Shown here: one piece after another, positions 57,242 through 64,000 of the stretch
Position numbering within the stretch: position 1 is the first letter of the stretch
Layout of the letters: every line of letters starts with the position of its first letter
Origin: a bacterium
GTDB lineage: Bacteria > Cyanobacteriota > Sericytochromatia > S15B-MN24 > VGJW01
Assembly (NCBI GenBank): GCA_021781555.1
Contig: JAJXWQ010000001.1
Span: 7,392 to 71,391 of the forward strand
Direction of reading: 5' to 3'
DNA length: 64,000 nt
Translations under genes and position numbers: made by a program
The notes under the pieces: model-generated
Database searches by the model: none
What the model was told of the DNA's origin: nothing
The model's input: only the letters and a program-made list of their open reading frames with translations

Positions 57242-58834
57242 CTAGACGCGCTCGGAGGACTCCGAAATGGCCATCCACACGCCCGTGAGATCCAGGGCAT
57301 CGAGGCCCTGGCCCACGACGCCGAGGACTCCGACGTCCAGACCGACGAGCATCAACAACCCTTCGGAGGTCTCGAGCACGCCCCAGCCCAGGCCGCCGAT
57401 CTGCATCTTCTTGCACTGCACATCGAGGTTGGAATACATCGACGAGGCGATCGCCCCGACCATCTCCTTGTCGAGAGCAGAAGGCAAAGTGCTGGAGATG
57501 ACGAGGCCATCCCGGCCGACGATGAGGGCACCGGACACGCCCGCCACCTGGGTGATCTGAGCCAGGAGCTGATCGATGTCCTGCCCACGGGTCGCCGAGA
57601 TGATCCGCGTGGTTGCAGCCCCGCCTGCACCGCGTTGTTCAGCCTTGTCCAGGATGCGCTTCAGAGCGTTCTGATCCACCAGCATCTTGCCGATGGAGAC
57701 CAGGCCCTCTGGCCGGGCTTCCTGGCCAGGCTTACCACCTGGTGGAGCCGGGATCGGCGGCGGTGGAACCGGCCGGGCCGGAGCGGCAGGAGGAACCGAC
57801 GCGGGCGCGGCGGGCAGGTCGAACGGAGCCGGATCGAAGGCCGGAGCCGGGTCGAAAGCAGGCTGGTCGAAGACGCCCTGGTCGAACGCCGGAGCCTGGT
57901 CGAACGATGCCCCGAAATCGCCAAGCTCGCCCCCCGCAGGGAAGGCCGGCAGATCGGGAAAGGCCTCGTCGGAAGGCGCGCCACCAGACAACCCGGGCGG
58001 CTGGATACCAATATCGGCAAAAGCCTGATCGAGGGCTCTCGAGAGGTCTGGAGCCACAGGAGGCGGTGAGGCGCTCGCGGCCTCGGCCACGATGGCATCC
58101 ATGGTGGCCAGGATATCGTCGCCCATCGCGGCGGTGTCCGGGTGGGCCGCAGGGCGGGGAGCGGGTGGCGGAGGTGCCGCGGCCTGAGGCGCCGCGCCCC
58201 GTTCCGGGGCCTGACCCGTCGTCTCGAAGCTGTCGAAGAGGGAGTCGAGCGAATCATCGACTCCACCGGGAAACAGGCGGCTGGCGTCGCTGGCCGACAA
58301 AGGAGCTGCCGCCGCCGGAGCCGCGGCGGCCGCCGCGAGCTGCGGTCGTGCAGGTGGGGCGGTCGTCGCCTCGGTCCCGAGGGCACCCTGCTGGCCGTAG
58401 TTGGCCACAGCGTCCTGGTAGCCGGCGGCGTATCCGCCTCCGGCCGTGTAATCGAAGTCAGCGAATTGCTGGGACACGCTCTGGCCGCCCTCGGCCTGGG
58501 CACCGGCATCTTGCCATTGCTGGTTTGAATCCCACTGCTGCTGCTGCTGGTTTGGATCCCACTGCTGCTGCTGGTTTGGATCCCACTGCTGCTGCTGGTT
58601 TGGATCCCACTGCTGCTGCTGGTTTGGATCCCACTGCTGCTGCTCGGGCTCGGGCGCGGGAGCCGGCCTGGGCGACGGCTTGCGCGCCTTGCCCTTGGCA
58701 CCCTTCTTGGTGCCCTTGGCCGGAGTTTTCTTCTTGCCGCCAGATAGCGCCGAAAAAAGTCCTGCGAGAAAGCCTTTCTTCGCGGGCTTCTTTTTGCCCT
58801 TTGTTGCGGGCTTCGCCTTAGCCTTGGAAGCCAT
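57242..58834 (-). CDS. Roadblock/LC7 (MglB-like) domain protein with long disordered N-terminal region (Lys-rich, five QQQWDPN repeats, Ala/Pro-rich, PAFD repeats)
   Basis: C-terminal 120 aa matches the Roadblock/LC7 fold signature (ITQVAGVSGALIVGRDGLVISS…EMVGAIASSMYSNL…LLMLVGLDVG). It is the first gene of the pilBTC operon. Confidence 0.65.
   Translation of the reverse strand: MASKAKAKPATKGKKKPAKKGFLAGLFSALSGGKKKTPAKGTKKGAKGKARKPSPRPAPAPEPEQQQWDPNQQQQWDPNQQQQWDPNQQQQWDPNQQQQQWDSNQQWQDAGAQAEGGQSVSQQFADFDYTAGGGYAAGYQDAVANYGQQGALGTEATTAPPARPQLAAAAAAPAAAAPLSASDASRLFPGGVDDSLDSLFDSFETTGQAPERGAAPQAAAPPPPAPRPAAHPDTAAMGDDILATMDAIVAEAASASPPPVAPDLSRALDQAFADIGIQPPGLSGGAPSDEAFPDLPAFPAGGELGDFGASFDQAPAFDQGVFDQPAFDPAPAFDPAPFDLPAAPASVPPAAPARPVPPPPIPAPPGGKPGQEARPEGLVSIGKMLVDQNALKRILDKAEQRGAGGAATTRIISATRGQDIDQLLAQITQVAGVSGALIVGRDGLVISSTLPSALDKEMVGAIASSMYSNLDVQCKKMQIGGLGWGVLETSEGLLMLVGLDVGVLGVVGQGLDALDLTGVWMAISESSERV
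58518..58646 (-). repeat. in-frame 21-bp tandem DNA repeat (about six units) encoding QQQWDPN
   Basis: CTGGTTTGGATCCCACTGCTG reiterated with one variant unit. Confidence 0.85.
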
Positions 58835-59043
58835 CAGTGTTGGGGGACTCCTTAAGCTCCGCTCCCCGCGGGCGTTTTGGTTGTGAACCGGAGCGCGTGG
58901 CGATGCCCGGCGAAAGTTAAACCTATGATACCCCGCCGCATGAATATATCACGACAGCCTGGCATTGGCTCGGGGAGCCGAACCGAAGGGCACGACCTTC
59001 GCTGGGGCCCACCAATGCCTGCATCCGTGCGCCTTGCGCCCGG

Positions 59044-61671
59044 TCAGACACGCAGGGTCGCGGCATACTCCCGGCAGAGGTGCGCGACGATCCCTTCGTG
59101 CACGGCATCGACCTCCGCGTCGGTCAGGGTCCGATCCGGCGCCCGGTACCGCAGGTTGAGCGCGAGACTGACCTTGCCTGCGGGAACCTGCGGGCCCGCA
59201 TAGCGGTCGAAGATCCGCACCCCCTCCAGCAAGGCCCCGCCTTCTTGCCGGGCGGAAGCTGCCACCTCGCCGGCCACGCGGCCCTGGTCGAGGACGATCG
59301 CCAGATCGCGCTCGACAGCGGGAAATCTGGAAAAGGCAACGAAGCCGTGAGATTCGCGCCGATCCAGGCACTCGGCGATGGCATCGGGGTGGAACGTGAC
59401 CACCGCCGCTCGCTTGCCGGTCGGCAAATCGTACGGCTCGGCCAGCGCCGGATGGAGCTCCCCGAAGGTCGCCAGCACGAGGCCCTCCTTGACCAGGCTA
59501 GCCGCCCGCCCGGGATGGAGGCCCGGGAGTGCGCCTTCGGGCCTCACCTCGAGGTCCGAGAGCCCGAGGGTGCCGAGCGCTCCGGTCGCGACGCCCTTGG
59601 CCCAGAAGAAATCAGCTTCGAAGGCCTCCGGCGGATGCTTCCACATCCCGTCGGCAACGGCCCCGATAGCCAGGGCCGTGACCTGCGGGGTCTCGGTTCG
59701 GGAGCTCGCACCTTGCCGGTACACCCGACCCACATCGAAGATGAGCGCGTGGCTCGCCCCCCGATTGAGATTGGTGCGCGCCACCTCGAGGAGGGCAGGC
59801 AGCAGGGAAGCTCGCATGACCTGCATGTCGCCCAGCGGGCGCGCAAGCCTGACGAGCTCGTCCTGGCCTGAGACGAAGGATGACTGGCTGGCCGCGGGAA
59901 CGACCGAATTGGTCAGGACTTCCCAGAAGCCCAGCCCCCGCAGCAACTCGCGGAGGCGATCCGAGACCGGGGTGCGGGAATCGGGGAGGGCTGCCAGGGC
60001 CGGCAGCGTATCCGGGATGGCCCCGTAGCCGATCCGCTGGGCAACCTCCTCGATGAGGTCGATCTCGCGGGTAACATCGTGGCGGCGCCATCCCGGCACC
60101 TTGAACCAGCGCGCGCTCCGATAGAGCTCCGATCGGTCGGGCGCTCCGGTGTCCAGGCCCTCGCCCACCTCGGAAAAGCCGTGGCTCGCCAGCATCCTGG
60201 CCTGCTCATCCGGCGAGACCGACACGCCGAGGATCCGGTCGGTGCGTTCCGGCCGAAGCGGCACGACCAGCGGCTCGGGGAATCCCGGACGTCGAAGGTC
60301 CAGTGCGGGGCCAAGCCGCTGACCGCCCGCGACGAGGATCAGCAGGTCGCAGGCCCGCTCGAGAGCCTGCGGCGTGGCCTCGGGGTCTACCCCGCGTTCG
60401 AAGCGATAGCTCGATTCGCTGGCCAAACCGAGGATCCGGGCGGTCCGGCGGATGGCCCCGGGCAGGAAGTAGGCCGACTCGACGAGGACCGAGGTCGTGG
60501 CGGGCGTGACCGAGCTCTCGAGACCTCCCATCACACCGGCGACGGCCAGCCCCCCCCGGGCATCGGCGATCACCAGGGTCTCCGGTGGCAGCTCGCGCAC
60601 GCCGCCGTCGAGCGTCGTCAGTCCTTCGGGTTGCCGGGCGCGGCGAGCCGAGATCGTGGTCGCGTCGATCTTGGCGAGATCGAAGGCATGCAGCGGCTGG
60701 CCGACGTCGAGCATCACGTAGTTCATGGCGTCGATGACGTTGTTGAGCGACCGGATACCCGCAAGCTCGAGCCGCCGGGCCATCCACTCCGGCGCCGGGC
60801 CGACGGCGATGCCTGAGACGATCCGCGCCGTGTAACGCGGGCAAAGGTCCGGGGCCTCGAGCGTCACGTTCAGGGCAACCGCAGAGGATCCCTCCACCGG
60901 CGCGAAGGTCGGACTGATGGGCCCATCCTGGCTAGCCCGCCCCCCCGCGAGCTGACCGAGGCCGGCCGCCGCCAGCGCCCGGGCCAGCCCGGTGACCGAA
61001 AGCCCATCCCCGCGATTGGCCGTGACGGCGACCTCGAGCACACAATCACCAAGCTCCAGAACGCTGGCGATGTTGCGGCCAAGCTGCGTATCGGTGGGGA
61101 GAACCAGCACGAACTCGAAGGCGTCCTCGCGGGCCTTGACCCGAGCATCGGCATCGAGCACCACGCCCCGGGCCGCGGCCTTCTTGACCTCCATGGCCTC
61201 CAGTCGGCTGGCATCGGCCGGATTTTCGAGGGTCATCCCGAGCTCCGTCGCCGAGCAGAACATCCCGTGGGACTCGACGCCTCGAAGCTTGCCCAGCCCG
61301 ATCTCCTTGCCGGTGGGCAGCCGGCTGCCCACCAGGGCCACGGGAACGATGTCGCCAGCCTGGACGTTGGGCGCGGCCGTCACGATGGTGAGGAGGTGGG
61401 TCTCGGCCGCCGCTGCCGGTACGCCCCTGGGCGCGGAACTCTGGCCTTGCGCCCGCGCCTCGGAGAGGTCGACCGAGCAGATCCGCAGCCGATCGGCGTT
61501 GGGGTGGCGCTCACAGGTCAGGATGCGACCCGTGACCACCGTCTCGAGACCTGGCCGGATCCAGTCGAGCGACTCGAGTTCGAAGCCGGACTCGAACAGG
61601 GCGGTTGCGATCGCGGAGCGATCGAGGGGCGTGGCGAACTTCTCGGCGAGCCATTCCAGGGGGATGCGCAT
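59044..61671 (-). CDS. pheT: phenylalanine--tRNA ligase beta subunit
   Basis: 875 aa; tRNA-binding N-domain, B3/4 and B5 domains, FDX-ACB C-terminus; located downstream of pheS. Confidence 0.88.
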   Translation of the reverse strand: MRIPLEWLAEKFATPLDRSAIATALFESGFELESLDWIRPGLETVVTGRILTCERHPNADRLRICSVDLSEARAQGQSSAPRGVPAAAAETHLLTIVTAAPNVQAGDIVPVALVGSRLPTGKEIGLGKLRGVESHGMFCSATELGMTLENPADASRLEAMEVKKAAARGVVLDADARVKAREDAFEFVLVLPTDTQLGRNIASVLELGDCVLEVAVTANRGDGLSVTGLARALAAAGLGQLAGGRASQDGPISPTFAPVEGSSAVALNVTLEAPDLCPRYTARIVSGIAVGPAPEWMARRLELAGIRSLNNVIDAMNYVMLDVGQPLHAFDLAKIDATTISARRARQPEGLTTLDGGVRELPPETLVIADARGGLAVAGVMGGLESSVTPATTSVLVESAYFLPGAIRRTARILGLASESSYRFERGVDPEATPQALERACDLLILVAGGQRLGPALDLRRPGFPEPLVVPLRPERTDRILGVSVSPDEQARMLASHGFSEVGEGLDTGAPDRSELYRSARWFKVPGWRRHDVTREIDLIEEVAQRIGYGAIPDTLPALAALPDSRTPVSDRLRELLRGLGFWEVLTNSVVPAASQSSFVSGQDELVRLARPLGDMQVMRASLLPALLEVARTNLNRGASHALIFDVGRVYRQGASSRTETPQVTALAIGAVADGMWKHPPEAFEADFFWAKGVATGALGTLGLSDLEVRPEGALPGLHPGRAASLVKEGLVLATFGELHPALAEPYDLPTGKRAAVVTFHPDAIAECLDRRESHGFVAFSRFPAVERDLAIVLDQGRVAGEVAASARQEGGALLEGVRIFDRYAGPQVPAGKVSLALNLRYRAPDRTLTDAEVDAVHEGIVAHLCREYAATLRV

Positions 61672-61674
61672 GAT

Positions 61675-62700
61675 TCAGAATTGCCTCAAGAAGCGGAGGT
61701 CGTTCTCCCACAGCAGGCGGATGTCGGGGATCTGATACTGGATCATGGCGGTGCGATCGATCCCCATTCCGAAGGCAAAGCCCGAGTACAGCTCAGGATC
61801 GATGCCGACGTTGGCCAGCACGACCGGGTCGACCATCCCGCAGCCGCCCATCTCGATCCAGCCCGAGTGCGAACAAACACGGCACCCCGAGCCACCGCAG
61901 AAGATGCACTCCACATCCATCTCGGCCGAGGGCTCGGTGAAGGGGAAGAAGCTCGGCCGAAACCGAACCTTGCGCGCCCGACCGAAGGTCCGCCGGGCGA
62001 ACGCCGACAAGGTCCCCTTGAGATCGCCGAAGGTGACGTTCTCGTCGACCAGCAGGCCCTCGATCTGGTGAAACAGGGGGTAGTGCCGCGGCGTGATGGC
62101 ATCCGGACGGTAAACCCGCCCCGGAGCCACGATGCGGATCGGAGGCTTGTGATGCTCCATGTACCGGATCTGCACCGACGAGGTCTGCGTGCGCAGCAAG
62201 CCGCCGCCCTGAAGATAGAAGGTGTCCTGCGCGTCCCGCGAGGGATGGTCATCCGGGGTGTTGAGGGCCGTGAAGTTGTGCCATTCGTCCTCGAGTTCGG
62301 GCCCCTCGGCCACGTCGAACCCGAGCAACCGGAAGGTCTCGACCATCTCGTCCCTGGCCCGGTAGACCAGGTGCTCGTGGCCGGGTTCGGTCCCCCGCGA
62401 CGGCAGCGTCACGTCCACCTTGTCCTCGAGCAGACGCTGGCCGAGCTCCTGTTTCCGTACCTCGGCGGCACGGGCCCCCTGTGCGGCCTCGAGCGTCTTC
62501 TTGATCGCGTTGATGGACTCGCCGAAGGTCTTGCGCTCGGCCGGGGGCAGGGAGGGGATCGTCTTGAGCAGACGGCTCAACTCCCCACGCTCGCGGCCGA
62601 GGTAGCGAATCGCCCACTCGTCGAGTGCCACGCTCGAACCGGCACGCTCGAGTTCGGCCAGGGCGCGCTCGCGGATCTCGGCAGCAATCGTCAAAGTCAA
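61675..62700 (-). CDS. pheS: phenylalanine--tRNA ligase alpha subunit
   Basis: 341 aa; class II aaRS motifs (FRLLGF…, YFPFTEPSAE, GMGIDR). Confidence 0.92.
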   Translation of the reverse strand: MTLTIAAEIRERALAELERAGSSVALDEWAIRYLGRERGELSRLLKTIPSLPPAERKTFGESINAIKKTLEAAQGARAAEVRKQELGQRLLEDKVDVTLPSRGTEPGHEHLVYRARDEMVETFRLLGFDVAEGPELEDEWHNFTALNTPDDHPSRDAQDTFYLQGGGLLRTQTSSVQIRYMEHHKPPIRIVAPGRVYRPDAITPRHYPLFHQIEGLLVDENVTFGDLKGTLSAFARRTFGRARKVRFRPSFFPFTEPSAEMDVECIFCGGSGCRVCSHSGWIEMGGCGMVDPVVLANVGIDPELYSGFAFGMGIDRTAMIQYQIPDIRLLWENDLRFLRQF

Positions 62701-62881
62701 CGGTCCATCCCCACGGGTGCAAGAATACGCTCAGCCTCTGCCCGGTTCAGCCAGCCAAGCGCATGATCCAAACACGAGGGCCGGTCCACGAAGGTCACCA
62801 TGCTGACAGCGTCCTGCCAGCGCACAGGCCCCCGGAGGGCGGTCCTCCCGAGGGCCCGGTGACGATACGAAGTGACCGCCC

Positions 62882-63121
62882 TCAATCGATGGCGTACGGC
62901 ATCAGCGCGATCTCACGCGAGCGCTTGATGGCCACGGTGAGGGTGCGCTGGTGGCCGGCGCAGTTCCCGGTCACGCGCCTGGGGAGAATCTTGCCGCGCT
63001 CGGTGATGTACTTGCGCAGGCGCATCACGTCCTTGTAGTCGATGAAGGTGGCCTTGTCGACACAGAACGCGCAGGCCTTGCGGCGCTTGGTGCGATGCCG
63101 CTTGGAAGAAATGGGTGCCAT
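62882..63121 (-). CDS. rpsR: 30S ribosomal protein S18
   Basis: 79 aa; [27 protein letters not shown]. Confidence 0.93.
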   Translation of the reverse strand: MAPISSKRHRTKRRKACAFCVDKATFIDYKDVMRLRKYITERGKILPRRVTGNCAGHQRTLTVAIKRSREIALMPYAID

Positions 63122-63145
63122 GGTTTGGTGCCTCTCTTTAAGAAT

Positions 63146-63592
63146 CTAGAACGGAACGTCGGTGTCGAAGTCCGGGGCCTCGTCTCCGTACGGGGCGGAG
63201 GCGGGCGGAACGGATGCACCTACGGACTGGAGGTCGGCTGCGGCCGGCTTGGCGCTGTCCGGGCCCGCCTCTGCGACGGACGTGCCGATCGCATGCAGCG
63301 ACGAAGCTTCGACCTCGACCAGCTTGAGACGCTGGCCGTTCTGCTCGTGGGTACGGGTGACCATACGACCCTCGACCGCGGCGATCTGCCCGGCAGCCAG
63401 ACCGGCGGCCACGTCAGCCAAGCGGCGGCTCGCGACGACCGGGATGAAGTCGACACCGGGCGGTGTCCCCTCCTGGCGGGTGGGCCTGGCCACCTTGAGC
63501 TTGAAGGTCGTGATGGCTTGCCCATCGGGCGTCGTGCGCCGCTCGGGGGCGCGGTCGATCGTGCCAACGAGCACGATTTGGTTCAGTGCCAT
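63146..63592 (-). CDS. ssb: single-stranded DNA-binding protein
   Basis: OB-fold N-terminus (LNQIVLVGTIDRAPERRTTPDGQAITTFKLKV) and acidic C-terminal tip DFDTDVPF. Confidence 0.9.
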   Translation of the reverse strand: MALNQIVLVGTIDRAPERRTTPDGQAITTFKLKVARPTRQEGTPPGVDFIPVVASRRLADVAAGLAAGQIAAVEGRMVTRTHEQNGQRLKLVEVEASSLHAIGTSVAEAGPDSAKPAAADLQSVGASVPPASAPYGDEAPDFDTDVPF

Positions 63593-63607
63593 GCGGACGA
63601 CTCCTTG

Positions 63608-63958
63608 CTACGCCTCGGCGGCAACGGGAGCTGGCGGAAGAGCTGCCGGCTTCGGAAGGATCGGACCTACTTCCTCCTGGCGCAGAACGATGTGGCGGAC
63701 GACCTCCTCGGCCAGCCGGAACATCCGCTCCAGCTCGGTCAAATGAGCTGCATCGAGGTTGAAGTTGAACAGCACGTAATGGCCGTCCCGCTGGTCCTTG
63801 ACCTCGTAGGCCAGGCGCTTCTTACCCTTCTTCTCGGCCCGCACGATCTCGCCGCCGGCACCCGTAATGTGGCCCTCGATCTTCTTGACCACTGCGTCGA
63901 CCTGTTCGTCCTCCAGCTGGGGGCGGATGACGACCATGGCCTCATAAGGCCGCAACAT
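63608..63958 (-). CDS. rpsF: 30S ribosomal protein S6
   Basis: 116 aa; MLRPYEAMVVIRPQL… typical S6 start; first gene of the rpsF-ssb-rpsR operon. Confidence 0.9.
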   Translation of the reverse strand: MLRPYEAMVVIRPQLEDEQVDAVVKKIEGHITGAGGEIVRAEKKGKKRLAYEVKDQRDGHYVLFNFNLDAAHLTELERMFRLAEEVVRHIVLRQEEVGPILPKPAALPPAPVAAEA

Positions 63959-64000
63959 AAAAAATTCTCCCTTCGGACAACCGAATCGTTGGCTCCCGCT

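Overview
High-GC (about 68-70 percent) bacterial chromosomal segment carrying about 57 protein genes, one tRNA and a dispersed family of palindromic repeat elements. From left to right it contains:

(1) A complete chemotaxis operon in the order MCP (5' truncated by the window edge), cheW, cheX, cheY, cheA, cheR, cheB.

(2) Two tandem paralogous genes that each encode two YbjQ/DUF74 domains, followed by an orphan MlaD/Mce-domain gene, an SPW-repeat membrane protein and a MarR/GbsR-type regulator.

(3) A menaquinone locus. A polyprenyl diphosphate synthase and ubiE/menG lie on one strand. On the other, menF-menD-menB-menA are chained by ATGA start/stop overlaps and are followed by a single ORF that fuses MenC and MenE.

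(4) An accessory-looking block at about 22.3-33.6 kb. It holds a four-gene operon of secreted IPT/TIG and Big-domain lipoproteins (including a 1006-aa protein), a divergently transcribed XRE regulator with operator-like direct repeats, an NHL-repeat lipoprotein, an S8 subtilase and a GH1 glycosidase.

(5) The glycine-cleavage operon gcvT-gcvH-gcvPA-gcvPB, followed by a long coiled-coil MerR regulator and a LipM/LplA-family lipoyl ligase.

(6) A TPR, beta-barrel OMP and TonB three-gene envelope module.

(7) The conserved rpmG, tRNA-Trp, secE, nusG, rplK, rplA, rplJ, rplL cluster.

(8) A GT2 glycosyltransferase, speH and queE.

(9) A type IV pilus motor operon (pilB-pilT-pilC) led by an unusual Roadblock/LC7-domain protein with QQQWDPN repeats.

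(10) pheST and rpsF-ssb-rpsR.

A roughly 100-bp palindromic element (MITE/REP-like) recurs at six intergenic sites, mostly between convergent gene ends, and once as a tandem 70-bp array. The candidates for genuinely undescribed biology are the Roadblock-led pilus motor operon, the IPT/TIG lipoprotein operon with its XRE regulator, the repeat-element family, the MenC-MenE fusion, the double-DUF74 gene pair and the TonB/OMP/TPR module. No CRISPR array, integrase or transposase is visible. All calls come from reading the six-frame translations and the nucleotide sequence by eye. No database search was run, and start coordinates carry an uncertainty of a few codons.
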